Assembly (NCBI GenBank): GCA_963719035.1
Contig: CAVRAO010000006.1
Span: forward strand, 128,001-192,000
DNA length: 64,000 bases
Reading direction: 5' to 3'
From: Methanobacteriota archaeon
GTDB lineage: Archaea > Halobacteriota > Bog-38 > Methanoflorentales > Methanoflorentaceae
The number at the start of each line of letters is the position of its first letter. Position 1 is the first letter of the stretch. Shown here piece after piece: positions 9,754 to 19,948 of the stretch. Position numbers and translations under genes: made by a program. A model generated the notes under the pieces. It saw only the letters and a program-made list of their open reading frames with translations. It was not told the DNA's origin and searched no databases.

Positions 9754-10830
9754 ATGAACCCAGAAGTGACCATTATCACGCTAAATTGGAACGGATGGCT
9801 TGATACCTTAGAGTGTTTAGAGTCTTTATTTCACATCGATTATGACAACTATCGTGTCATTCTTGTGGATAACGCTTCCACCGATGATTCGCTAGTCAAG
9901 ATAGATGCCCACTGCACGAACGAGCTTAAGTTCGCGTCTTATTTGTCTGAGCACTTGGTCAGAAATAAGCCAATAAAAGCCGTGTATTACACCAAAGTGG
10001 AAACAGAACTGGCAGATCGCAGCGAAGCAGCTGCACAACAAGTAGACCTTGCGCTCACCGTAATACAGAACGATAAAAACTACGGTTTTGCCGAGGGTAC
10101 TAACATTGGCGTTGCATATGCCTTGAATGCCTTTGATCCAGATTACATCTTGGTACTTAACAATGATACCATTGTTGACCAGCATTTTTTACGTGCTCTA
10201 GTTGACGCCGCTGAGAACGATGAGCAAATAGGACTGCTCCAACCTAAGATCCTACGCTATGCTGACGCACTGATCGATAACACCGGGAGCTTATGTGATC
10301 GCTTAGCGTATTGCAAGCCCCGAGGCCTTGGTGAGATTGATGCAGGCCAGTACGATCGCGACCTGAAAGATAATTTTTTTTACGTAACCGGCGCCTGTAT
10401 GCTTATTAGAAAAAGCGTGCTTTCAGCATTGTCAGGCGAGTGCTTCGATCCATATTTATTCGCGTACTATGAAGACGTAGATCTGTCGTGGATGGTGCGA
10501 CTGCTTGGATTTAAAGTCGGCTACTGTCCGGATTCCGTGTGCTACCACAAAGGGAGTGCGACTTTCGGCGACAACAGCCCCTTCATCGCATATTTAAGCG
10601 ACAGAAACAGGCTGAGGGTGTTGATCAAAAACTATGCGCTAATATCGCTTTTTTTTGTCTTGCCTTTAACCATCGTGTTGAAGTCCGCGGCGCTCGCCGC
10701 GGAATGCATAATCGGCATTGATCTCCGCTACATAGCGAGCTTCGTCAAGGCGCTCGCCTGGAACACTTTACAGCTTCGAAATACGCTTGCATTAAGAAGG
10801 AAGACTCCAATCGAAGCGCAAAGTGTCTGA
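9754..10830 (+). CDS. Glycosyltransferase family 2 (rhamnosyltransferase-like); probable +1 frameshift near 10807, true end about 10981
   Basis: LNWNG, VDNASTD, NYGFAEG.N, LNNDT, YYEDVD. The +1 frame continues QSKRKVSDNDM, a typical C-terminus for this family. Confidence 0.88.
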   Translation: MNPEVTIITLNWNGWLDTLECLESLFHIDYDNYRVILVDNASTDDSLVKIDAHCTNELKFASYLSEHLVRNKPIKAVYYTKVETELADRSEAAAQQVDLALTVIQNDKNYGFAEGTNIGVAYALNAFDPDYILVLNNDTIVDQHFLRALVDAAENDEQIGLLQPKILRYADALIDNTGSLCDRLAYCKPRGLGEIDAGQYDRDLKDNFFYVTGACMLIRKSVLSALSGECFDPYLFAYYEDVDLSWMVRLLGFKVGYCPDSVCYHKGSATFGDNSPFIAYLSDRNRLRVLIKNYALISLFFVLPLTIVLKSAALAAECIIGIDLRYIASFVKALAWNTLQLRNTLALRRKTPIEAQSV

Positions 10831-11060
10831 TAACGACATGGTGCAGCATATGAGTTCCATTCTCTTTCAATCCGCACGCAGAGCTTTTAGAACGGTGGCG
10901 GCATCAACGAGTTTAAGCTACCTTAACAAATGCTTGCCTCGTAGAAATCGGCTATTAGCTAGAAAAAAACATCGGGGCTAATCAAATGGTGCTCCAAGAA
11001 TTGTTGCTTTCCGCGTAACCAAGGGGGTAAGCACAATCTTCATCACAACGCGCAGTTCTG

Positions 11061-11921
11061 CTATACACAATCGATTCGATTCGATCCGACGCATTTTGCC
11101 AGCTGAATGAGGTCCTGCTTTGCTTCGCTCGATTTGAGGTGCCATAAGCTTTCGATAGCCTCATTGACTTTTGTTGCCGCGATTTCCCGAAGATATTCGT
11201 CTTGGGAACAATTGGTCTCGTCCAGATCGAGCATTATCGTTCGACTTTGTGCCCAATCAACAATGTCATCGCAAATTTGATATCCGACGCCGAGTGCGTG
11301 CCCATAAGTAGCGAGGGTTCTGACATCATCGGGAGTCCCTCCGCCTATTAGTGCCCCCACGGTCGCTGCGGCCTCAAAGAGGGATGCTGTCTTTTTTGAA
11401 ACCATCTTTTGGTACACGCGCGGGCGCACCTTTTTTGTACGATAAATGAACCGTTCAGTAAGCTCACCCTCGCACATAAGGGCAGTCGCTTTGGCCAGCG
11501 CGCTCGTGATCCGCGGATCCGCATAACGCGTAGTTATGCTTAAAATCATTGAGAGGATAAAATCAGCGCTTAAAAGCGCCATTTCTTGACCGTGGGCTGC
11601 GTGAAAAGCTTTGACATTGCGGCGTACGCCATCGCCGTCGATAATGTCATCGTGGATAAGCGACTCCATATGCGCAAGTTCTACCGCGACGGCAGCAGGA
11701 AGAGGGTCACCAGCTCGTCCTCCCACTCTATCATAAGCGATGAGGACGATGATCGGCCGCAGGCGCTTGCCTCCAGCGAACGCATCTACAAAAGCAGCAA
11801 AGAAAGGGGAACCCTCCCGCTGACGCAGCTCTTTGTGCAGTGCGAGGTCTACTTGGACACGGTAAAAATCAATTCTCGTTGAAAAGCTGTCTAAAGGAGT
11901 GTTCCGCGGACTTCTCTGCAT
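11061..11921 (-). CDS. Trans-isoprenyl diphosphate (polyprenyl) synthase
   Basis: GGKRLRP, first Asp-rich motif IHDDIIDGDGVRR, KTASLF, second motif YQICDDIVD. Confidence 0.92.
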   Translation of the reverse strand: MQRSPRNTPLDSFSTRIDFYRVQVDLALHKELRQREGSPFFAAFVDAFAGGKRLRPIIVLIAYDRVGGRAGDPLPAAVAVELAHMESLIHDDIIDGDGVRRNVKAFHAAHGQEMALLSADFILSMILSITTRYADPRITSALAKATALMCEGELTERFIYRTKKVRPRVYQKMVSKKTASLFEAAATVGALIGGGTPDDVRTLATYGHALGVGYQICDDIVDWAQSRTIMLDLDETNCSQDEYLREIAATKVNEAIESLWHLKSSEAKQDLIQLAKCVGSNRIDCV

Positions 11922-12066
11922 CTGTTTGCCTCATGTGATGTGTTAGATCGTAAATAACCTAGCATTATCGATGTACAACGCGAGCCGATTGCAAAAGACT
12001 GTCTGCGACTCTCTGGCACATCGAAACACAACGCTTTCATCGATGAGAGAAAAATAGGGAGGCTAT

Positions 12067-12480
12067 ATGGCGATTGACATACGGATGTTAGCGACAGCAA
12101 ACCTCGTTGTACAGCTCGCCCTTATCGGTTTTGTCTTTGGCGCGGTGTATCTTGCGCGCAGGGGGAGAGTCATTCGACATTGCACCATCGTACGAGGTGC
12201 CGTCATCGCCCAAATCATTGCGATATTAGCGATAATGCTGCCCTCGCTGCTCGGATACGTCGAAAACGTTCCGCTGATTCCCTTCCTGTACCCCGAGCTC
12301 CTCACGCATCACATTTTGGGGCTCGTGCTGATCGGAATCTTTGTGCATATTAACCTCGAAGTCGGGCGCGTAGTCCGCCCTGTTGTCAAACGCAAAAGCG
12401 TGATGCGCCTTGCTCTTGGTATATGGCTTGTCGCCCTCGCCCTAGGCATCAATATTTTTCTCACCATCTACTACGCCTAA
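12067..12480 (+). CDS. Four-TM membrane protein (DUF420-like)
   Basis: Four hydrophobic helices with His residues (RH, THH); GGGAGG SD upstream. Confidence 0.7.
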   Translation: MAIDIRMLATANLVVQLALIGFVFGAVYLARRGRVIRHCTIVRGAVIAQIIAILAIMLPSLLGYVENVPLIPFLYPELLTHHILGLVLIGIFVHINLEVGRVVRPVVKRKSVMRLALGIWLVALALGINIFLTIYYA

Positions 12481-12495
12481 CGCGTACGATCTCGA

Positions 12496-13049
12496 ATGCA
12501 GTTCGGCCCCAATTCTGAGCTGGAGCTTAAAAAGGACTCGATGCTAGACGAACTCATCCCTTCTTTGACGCGCACGCCGCTATCGCAGCGCTTATCACTT
12601 TCGATTGACGCGCTTGTTAGCAGTGGCCCTTATCCAACGAGCAAGATGCAGAAAGGACCAGTGCTTTTGTGCGGATCTACCGATTTGTCCAGAGAGGGCG
12701 TTGGGTTAGGAGTGCCCATAGCGAAGTTCGCGCATCGTGTCTTTTTCCCTGGGGAAGCGCGCATCATCGAGCGACTAACAGACGATCAACTACGCACTGA
12801 TGGTGGACTACGAGCTCAACCTCGAAGAGCGCCTGACGTTGAAAAGTGGCAAGAAGATACGGAGCGAGAACTTCTATGCACTTAAGGAGTGGTTTGCGGG
12901 CCTCCGATTTCTCAGAGACCAAGATGAAGTTCGCCATTGTAAAGGGCCAGATCACGTTCTTGCTGAAAAAAAAGCTCGGAAAACCCGCAGACGCAGTAGT
13001 CAGACCATTTGAGGCAGTAACAGACTTCATATTCCGATCCGTGAATTGA
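12496..13049 (+). pseudogene. Frameshifted/degraded conserved archaeal hypothetical protein
   Basis: QKG.VL...EGVGLGVPIAK segment continues in the +1 frame (MVDYELNLEERL) near 12795; remaining pieces are fragmentary. Confidence 0.5.
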
Positions 13050-13212
13050 CCTTAAATGCAGATAATACTGTCAACGCTAGAACGAACTGGGGGAAACAGC
13101 GGAAGCTCACTCGTGCAGTTTCCACGCTAGCAGAACGATCTTGATGAAGCTTACAATACCACTTGCAATGGATCCAAGTTTCTGTCTTTCAACACTGAAA
13201 AAAAAACGCGTA

Positions 13213-13758
13213 TCACCTGAATTTAAACGAAGAGATCATCTGTTGAACCGTCGCGTTCTGCTCGTTATATTGCGTTTCTCTTCCACTGTATTGAATCTTG
13301 TAAACATAGTCGCCTTTGATAGCGTAGATTGTCAACGCTTTAACAGTCTCGTTACCATATTTGAACTTAACAACAGTTGTGTAAGCCGGCAAGCCTCCGA
13401 GAGAAGCAGAATGGTTTTCGAGCAAACTAACGTTGCCTTTCACAATGGCGCTTATAAATTCTTGCGCAAGGCTCTGAGGCGTTTGTCCAGTTTTGTTGAG
13501 CGCCCCACGTTGGATTTGGAATAGAAGGGTTTCGTACTCGATTGTTGCAATGGTGCCAACTGCAGGGCCCCCTGTCAATTGCCAATCGCTAGGGTAGTTT
13601 ATTTCCACCCCTGCATTTTTATTTGTATATAACAAGAAATTGTCTGGAACCCCAGATTGTGTTGCTTGGTTGGACGTGCAACCGGCACTACTAACCGCTA
13701 TCACAGCTATCAAAATGATAATAATAGTCCAGTGCATTCGCGTATGGGCCCCCATCAT
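13213..13758 (-). CDS. PsbP/Mog1-like secreted lipoprotein
   Basis: Signal peptide with lipobox SSAGC, INYPSDW, C-terminal QQMISSFKF. Confidence 0.75.
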   Translation of the reverse strand: MMGAHTRMHWTIIIILIAVIAVSSAGCTSNQATQSGVPDNFLLYTNKNAGVEINYPSDWQLTGGPAVGTIATIEYETLLFQIQRGALNKTGQTPQSLAQEFISAIVKGNVSLLENHSASLGGLPAYTTVVKFKYGNETVKALTIYAIKGDYVYKIQYSGRETQYNEQNATVQQMISSFKFR

Positions 13759-13954
13759 CCCCTCCATCAGTGTGAAACGCTCCTCGGTCTTATATCTTGT
13801 TGTTCTCACCCGACAGTCGCTATGCATAGGAGATCGGCACAAAACAGTCGCGAGCAAAAATCGAGAGTTGCTCTCGAACTGGTTTGACCGATACAACAGC
13901 CTCTTATTCAATTCATAATTTCTTGAGTTGACAAAAAGGTATGATCAAAGCAGT

Positions 13955-14620
13955 CTACGGCTTTCTCATTGCTATCAACATGCTATGCCTTTTTTGAACT
14001 GCGCCGTTATATTGTTTTTTTATGACTTTTTCATCCACGTTAAGCATAAAAAATCCTGCTAAATGAAAAAGTTCGCGAAGCTCAGAGGAGGAGAAGTGAT
14101 GATTTGGGATTTTCCCCCGGACAAAAGTATCGGCAGCAATCCGCTTTCCGCAGTTATGGCGCATATCAAGCCTTCCTGTTACTTCGGCAAACGCCATACC
14201 TTGATGCTTCAAAACTCGAAATAGTTCAGCGACGGCCTTCTCCTGCCCAGTCCGTGCAAGATGTTGGAGCACTCCGTAGCACGTAACCGCATCGAAACTA
14301 CGATCTGGGAATGGAAGCTGCTGGATATCTGCAACAACCCGCACGTAATGAGAATCGAGCAATGTCAAAGCTTGCCGCGACAGGTCAGCCCCAACTACGC
14401 TAAATCCGTTCCTAGCAAGTGGCACAAGATACCTGCCAACGCCGCAGCCAACGTCGAGAACACAAGCTCCTGGCGCAACCCGTTGGGTTATCGGAGTGAG
14501 ATCATAGGGGCCTTTCCATAAAGCGGGCCTTAACGCGTACTCCTCATCCCAGATCCTCCGCACGGTTTCAAGGGGTAAGCTTATCTCGTCTTCAGACACT
14601 GATGCAACCGACCCCTTCAT
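13955..14620 (-). CDS. Class I SAM-dependent methyltransferase
   Basis: VLDVGCGVG, ADI..LPF..SFDAV, RVLK. True start uncertain. Confidence 0.9.
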   Translation of the reverse strand: MKGSVASVSEDEISLPLETVRRIWDEEYALRPALWKGPYDLTPITQRVAPGACVLDVGCGVGRYLVPLARNGFSVVGADLSRQALTLLDSHYVRVVADIQQLPFPDRSFDAVTCYGVLQHLARTGQEKAVAELFRVLKHQGMAFAEVTGRLDMRHNCGKRIAADTFVRGKIPNHHFSSSELRELFHLAGFFMLNVDEKVIKKQYNGAVQKRHSMLIAMRKP

Positions 14621-14740
14621 TTCCACTGGAAGTTGCTAACACACTTAGAAACGTTCTTCAGAGCGTTATTTTTGATTTTAATCGCGATAAATAAGGATTC
14701 GGATTACAAATATATAAGTGTTAATGCATTACCACTGTAG

Positions 14741-16051
14741 ATGCTCGCAGTTATGACGATCGCAGGATCGGACTCTGGCGGTGGCGCCGGAATCCAAGCC
14801 GATGTGCGCACCTTTGCTGCTCTCGGCGTGTATGGAACCTCAGTCATAACAGCGATTACCGCACAAAACACTCTCGGCGTCGTTAATGCATTCAATTTAC
14901 CTCCTGAAGTTGTCGTTGCGCAAATGAATGCGGTTTTGTCCGACATCGACATTCGATGCGTAAAAACGGGTATGCTCCCGACTGTCGAAACTGCAGAAGC
15001 CGTCGTTGATGTGCTTTCGCGGCGCGATATTCCGATCGTAGTTGATCCCGTCATAGAGGCCGAAGCTGGGGGGAAACTGATGGCAGGGGGGCCAAAAGAC
15101 ATCCTTGCGCAACTTTTGCCTAATGCAGCAGTCGTGACGCCGAACATTCGAGAGGCGGAGGCGATTTCAGGCATCGCCATACATAGCTTCGACGATATGA
15201 AGCGCGCCGCGTGTGAAATCTTTGCCCTCGGCCCGAAATCAGTTGTTGTTACCGGAGGCCATTTGAGTGGAACGGACGTTTTGTACGATGGCGATTTTAA
15301 ACTGCTCCGCGGCACGTTGATCAAGGCGGGAACCCACGGGGCAGGATGCACTTTCTCAGCGGCAGCAGCCGCCTTTCTCGCTAAAGGACATTCAGTAAGC
15401 CAAAGCGCATTGATGGCTAAGGCGTTTGTCATCGAAGCAATCAAAAACAGCGAAAGTGTTGGGTCAGGGTCCGGAGTGGTAAACCAAGTTGCAGCAACGT
15501 TAGATGCGGCCGAACGTTATCTCACGTTGCTCGATGTAGATGCGGGGCTCCGCACCATCAAGACTATAAACTCGAACCTTATACCTGAGGTCGGCAGCAA
15601 CTTAGCGATGGCAATTTCGCGCGCTAAGAGGGTAGCAGATGTTGCTGCAGTGAAGGGACGAATTGTGAAAATCAGAGGGACAATTAAACCTGTTGGGTGT
15701 GTGGCATTTGGAGCAAGCCGCAATATGGCACGAGTGGTCCTGACTGCTTTGCAGTACGACCCCGCTACAAAGAGCGCCATGAACGTGCGACGTTCAGACG
15801 AAGTTGTCGAAGCCTGCCAAGAACTCAACCTCGTAGCGGAAGACTTCGATAGAGCGGAAGAACCTAGGAGAGAAGTCGAAGGGCGGGGAACCGCACGCGC
15901 AATAGAACGTAGCATGAAACACGGCACGGGCGTCCCCGACGTCATATTCGGCCTTAGTAGTATAGCGAAGGAACCGACGGCGTATATACTGGGTCATTCA
16001 GCGCAGAACGTAGCCGAGAAAGTTGCTAAAATTTCATCGACGATAAGATAA
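14741..16051 (+). CDS. thiD: ThiD-ThiN fusion (HMP/HMP-P kinase plus ThiN domain)
   Basis: [36 protein letters not shown]; C-terminal [15 protein letters not shown] ThiN domain. TATATAAG at 14711 suggests a leaderless mRNA. Confidence 0.93.
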   Translation: MLAVMTIAGSDSGGGAGIQADVRTFAALGVYGTSVITAITAQNTLGVVNAFNLPPEVVVAQMNAVLSDIDIRCVKTGMLPTVETAEAVVDVLSRRDIPIVVDPVIEAEAGGKLMAGGPKDILAQLLPNAAVVTPNIREAEAISGIAIHSFDDMKRAACEIFALGPKSVVVTGGHLSGTDVLYDGDFKLLRGTLIKAGTHGAGCTFSAAAAAFLAKGHSVSQSALMAKAFVIEAIKNSESVGSGSGVVNQVAATLDAAERYLTLLDVDAGLRTIKTINSNLIPEVGSNLAMAISRAKRVADVAAVKGRIVKIRGTIKPVGCVAFGASRNMARVVLTALQYDPATKSAMNVRRSDEVVEACQELNLVAEDFDRAEEPRREVEGRGTARAIERSMKHGTGVPDVIFGLSSIAKEPTAYILGHSAQNVAEKVAKISSTIR

Positions 16052-16103
16052 TTAGCTAAAACGTATCTCAGCTTAAACAAGAAAAAGAAACGGAGGTGGT
16101 TTC

Positions 16104-16304
16104 ACGGGAAGCATCAGACCAACTTACATTAAAAGCGTATCAGCAGAGCTGCTCCGCGGACACGGCGAGATATTCAGCTCTGATTATGAAAAGAACAAGC
16201 TGCTCGTGTCGAAGTACACGAACATCGAAAGCAAGAATATTCGAAATCGGGTTGCCGGATATATTACGCATAGAGTAGAAATCGGCAACAGGAAAAAATC
16301 ATGA
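16104..16304 (+). CDS. rps17e: 30S ribosomal protein S17e (eS17) with ACG start codon; not in ORF track
   Basis: Frame reads (ACG)GSIRPTYIKSVSAELLRGHGEIFSSDYEKNKLLVSKYTNIESKNIRNRVAGYITHRVEIGNRKKS. GGAGGTG SD at 16092-16098; stop overlaps dapA start (ATGA). Confidence 0.93.
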   Translation, partial: TGSIRPTYIKSVSAELLRGHGEIFSSDYEKNKLLVSKYTNIESKNIRNRVAGYITHRVEIGNRKKS

Positions 16305-17176
16305 AATTCGAGGGCGTATATTGTGCTATGGTTACGCCATTTACGAACAAAGACGAAATCGACGTCGAAGGGATGCGTTCCAACATCGCATATCTTCAGA
16401 AGGAAGGCGTTGCAGGTTTGGTGCCTTGTGGTAGCACAGGCGAATCTTCCACGTTGACGTTCGATGAGCACAAGAAGCTAATTGATGTGACAGTTGACGC
16501 GGCAAGCGTTCCTGTAGTTGCTGGGACAGGATCCAACAGCACTTCAGAGGCAATTGAGCTGACACGCCACGCGCAAGATGCAGGCGCAGAAGCATCTCTA
16601 CAGATAGTCCCTTATTACAACAAACCGATGAAAAGCGGATTAATCAAACACTTTGGCGCTATCGCAGAAGCGTGCGATATTCCGCTCGTTTTATACAACA
16701 TTCCTGGTCGTACCGGGATTAATATGGATCCTGAAACGATCAGCACGCTTGCCCACGAGCACAACAACATAGCGGCGGTGAAAGAGGCAAGCGCGAACTT
16801 CAGCCAGATTTCAGACATTATAAAGCTTACCCAAGATCTCGATTTTTGCGTCATTTCAGGGGATGATGGACTCACCCTTCCTATGATGGCGCTAGGGGCT
16901 ACAGGGGTGATCTCTGTTACTGGAGATATCTTTCCGAAGCTGATGGGGCAACTAACACAGTTCTGCCTTGAAGGCAACTTTGAAAAAGCACGCGAGGTGC
17001 ATTATCGACTAGCCCCGCTTTTTAAAGCGCTCTTTATCGAGACAAATCCTATTCCAATCAAAAAAGCATGTGATTTGCTCGGACTTGCAGGCGGACCGCT
17101 CCGATTGCCCCTTACTTCGATGGCAGAACCCAACGTCGCGAAGCTCAAAGCGACGCTCGCGGCCTACAAAGACTGA
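16301..17176 (+). CDS. dapA: 4-hydroxy-tetrahydrodipicolinate synthase
   Basis: GSTGES, PYYNKP, LYNIPGRTG, VKEAS, ETNPIPIK. Confidence 0.97.
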   Translation: MKFEGVYCAMVTPFTNKDEIDVEGMRSNIAYLQKEGVAGLVPCGSTGESSTLTFDEHKKLIDVTVDAASVPVVAGTGSNSTSEAIELTRHAQDAGAEASLQIVPYYNKPMKSGLIKHFGAIAEACDIPLVLYNIPGRTGINMDPETISTLAHEHNNIAAVKEASANFSQISDIIKLTQDLDFCVISGDDGLTLPMMALGATGVISVTGDIFPKLMGQLTQFCLEGNFEKAREVHYRLAPLFKALFIETNPIPIKKACDLLGLAGGPLRLPLTSMAEPNVAKLKATLAAYKD

Positions 17177-17205
17177 GGGAAAACCGATTAGGATATGGTA
17201 GCTGT

Positions 17206-17937
17206 ATGACACCAAACGACAAGATAGCAGTTGCTGTGACCGGCGCTTGTGGCCGGATGGGACGGATGATTATCGACAACGTAACACAAGCGCCTGATAT
17301 GACACTCGTGGCCGCTTTTGACAAGCAGAGCTGTAACTCTGAGGTCATAGAAGCGTCAAAACTTGCTGAGACACTAAGAAGCGTAAGCCCCGACGTCTTG
17401 GTCGATTTCACCGTCGCTTCTTCATCGGTCGAAATCATCAAAACAGCCGCAAGCGCTGGAGTACGCCTCGTCGTCGGAACAACTGGATTCACTCCCGAAC
17501 AACGTGCAGAAGCGAAAAAGGTGATCGAAGGCCAAGTAGCAGCGATAATCTCCCCGAACTTTTCGATCGGCGTTAACGTGTTCTTTCAATTGGTTAAAAG
17601 TGCGTCAGAGAGTCTTCCAAGCGCAGCATACGCCGCTGAGCTCATTGAGGCACATCATAAACACAAAATCGATGCTCCGAGCGGGACGGCAGTGAAAGCA
17701 ATCGATATCATCAAAGAGGTCGATCGTTCGCGGTCGATAGGATCCTATTCTATACGCGCAGGGGATATCGTAGGCGATCATTCAGTGTTGTTCATCGGAG
17801 ATGGCGAACGGCTTGAGATTAGCCATCAGGCTCACAGCAGACAGGCATTTGCCAGCGGCGCGATGCTAGCTACTAGATTTATAGTGAAGCAGCCGCCGGG
17901 ATTATATTTAATGGATGATCTAATGGCTTCGATCTAA
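17206..17937 (+). CDS. dapB: 4-hydroxy-tetrahydrodipicolinate reductase
   Basis: GACGRMG, VGTTG, EAHHKHKIDAPSGTA, RAGDIVGDH. Confidence 0.97.
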   Translation: MTPNDKIAVAVTGACGRMGRMIIDNVTQAPDMTLVAAFDKQSCNSEVIEASKLAETLRSVSPDVLVDFTVASSSVEIIKTAASAGVRLVVGTTGFTPEQRAEAKKVIEGQVAAIISPNFSIGVNVFFQLVKSASESLPSAAYAAELIEAHHKHKIDAPSGTAVKAIDIIKEVDRSRSIGSYSIRAGDIVGDHSVLFIGDGERLEISHQAHSRQAFASGAMLATRFIVKQPPGLYLMDDLMASI

Positions 17938-18141
17938 GATCAGGTAGAGCAGCGACCAGCACACGTTTTTTAAGACTCAGCGGTTGACATTGTTTTACCA
18001 CACAGAGCTAGGCGCTTAGAAATTGTTGTCGTCTTCCCCAACTAAACGTGCGAGGAATGCGCATAGACTTTCTTTGCTGCGAGTAATGATCGGGGGTTCA
18101 AAAAAACGGCTGCAAGCATATAACAGGAAACTGTTTATCGT

Positions 18142-19719
18142 CTAAGAGGATTCTTGACCGTTATTTTTTAAGAAGTCAATGAATGTCGTCTCCATCGACG
18201 CGAGATTGCAGACTGGCATAACCCCGGGTCTCGGATTAATGTTCAGTGACTTTTGATACTTCGTTTGGCCTTGCCATGTCCCTGAGTTCACGACAGTGAC
18301 GCCTCGATATTGCGAAGCACCAATAGTATGAACGTGGCCGCTATGAAGGATGTCAGGTATCGTTTCAATAATGAAGTGATCTGTGCTCTCTGGCGCTATA
18401 GAGACCCTATTTCCATATACCGGTGAAAGATGCCGTCTTTTTAGCATTTCCTTCATCGCACCGTCAGGGTTGCTATATGATGAGCCAGGAACTGCCGCGA
18501 TTATATCGTCCAGAGCCCTGCCGTGATAGATGAGTATTTTGACGCCGCACAGTTCAATCAGCGAAGGATTGCCCACGCACGTGACGTTGTTACTGAAGCT
18601 TTTTGCATACTCATTTGAGAGGGCAGGCTGCGGCTCTGCTTGTCGAACTGCATCGTGGTTTCCCGGAGAAACAATGATAGAGAGCTCTGATGGCAACATG
18701 TCAATAAGGGAGGCGGCTTCCGCATATTGATCGTTGACGTCGTCAATGGCTAATTCCTCTTCTTGATTTGGAAAAACCCCAATGCCATCCACCACGTCGC
18801 CGGCCACGATAACGTAAGCCGTTTTGCGTGCTCTTTCATCATCGCTCGACGATATCCAATCAGCAAAATCCTTCCACGCGTTTATTAAGAACGTGTTACT
18901 ACCAACGTGAATATCAGAGGTGAGGGCCACGTATACGTCCGTCGCCGAGTATGTGGGTTGATTTTGCGGAGGGATCTCAGGCCACGTAATGCTATCAATA
19001 AAGATCACTTTTCCATCAGATGAGAGAGACCCGGTTATACCGATCACCTCGTCGTGTACCACTTGAAGGGCTGCGGTGTATGCGCTTTTATCTTTCAACG
19101 CAATTCCGCTGAAGTATCCGGTAGGGTCCTCCAACTCAATTACCCTGTGACCATTTGGTGTGTCGCGCATCTCATTTACCATGCCGACGATAGAGATTTT
19201 TCCGACTGTGGTAAACTCATCATCGAACAAAACCTCGCGTCTACGGTTGAATAACGTCAAGCTCTCGATTGGTCGAGTAGCAAGCCGCCTCTTTATGATT
19301 TCGCTGAGCCGGTCGTACCGATTTCTGAAGTATTGCACGAATTCTTCGTATGTACCTACACAATTGGAACTCTCGGTAATGTCCGCCAGAATTGTTATGG
19401 GCAGTGGTTGTCGTTGACGTAGCTGTGTTCCAACAGTGTGCGTTTCACTGAGTGGGCTCTCAACTATGATGTCCGAAATGTCCTCTTCGTTGTGATCGAA
19501 CAGAAGCATAGGCTTCACATTTTTTTTCCGTGAGTTCAGCGATTCTTTCGCCGCGGTGACGTTAGGGGGGGCAACAACTAGCACAGATTCATCAACGTTT
19601 CTCAACACCTCGTCAACTACTGCCAATGGCAGCTCGCTTTCCTGAATCATCACCACGGCTTCTTGGGTAACTAGAAAGCCGCTGTCAGAAAATTTCTCAA
19701 TTATGTCGGTTCGAATCAT
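18142..19719 (-). CDS. polB: DNA polymerase D small (proofreading) subunit DP1
   Basis: OB fold plus calcineurin-like motifs SDIHVGS, GDVVDG, PGNHD, YHG, GHVH; RRHLSP. Confidence 0.95.
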   Translation of the reverse strand: MIRTDIIEKFSDSGFLVTQEAVVMIQESELPLAVVDEVLRNVDESVLVVAPPNVTAAKESLNSRKKNVKPMLLFDHNEEDISDIIVESPLSETHTVGTQLRQRQPLPITILADITESSNCVGTYEEFVQYFRNRYDRLSEIIKRRLATRPIESLTLFNRRREVLFDDEFTTVGKISIVGMVNEMRDTPNGHRVIELEDPTGYFSGIALKDKSAYTAALQVVHDEVIGITGSLSSDGKVIFIDSITWPEIPPQNQPTYSATDVYVALTSDIHVGSNTFLINAWKDFADWISSSDDERARKTAYVIVAGDVVDGIGVFPNQEEELAIDDVNDQYAEAASLIDMLPSELSIIVSPGNHDAVRQAEPQPALSNEYAKSFSNNVTCVGNPSLIELCGVKILIYHGRALDDIIAAVPGSSYSNPDGAMKEMLKRRHLSPVYGNRVSIAPESTDHFIIETIPDILHSGHVHTIGASQYRGVTVVNSGTWQGQTKYQKSLNINPRPGVMPVCNLASMETTFIDFLKNNGQESS

Positions 19720-19948
19720 AACAGGTCATGACGGGGAACGCTTTCGATAAGATATAAGCCAAAACTGACCCGGCGAAATCCTCCTTTTCTCTTACTCATT
19801 AGCGAGAACCTGCACGCTTGAGCAACGAAGCGCTCGACACGGCTGCCGTGGATTCCCACCAGCGCGTCGGCAGGTTATATAAAGCGTCAATTGCAACTAT
19901 CATCACACATCAGCCAGCTTGGCACCGTTTTTACGCTTCCTGAAATAC

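Noticed and set aside
14704-15444. 246-aa antisense ORF over thiD (and similar antisense ORFs over cdc48, CBS genes, rpa, cadA)
   Set aside because: Shadow frames of well-supported genes on the opposite strand.
16096-16278. ORF-track 60-aa ORF
   Set aside because: Wrong frame; the recognisable protein here is eS17 at 16104-16304.
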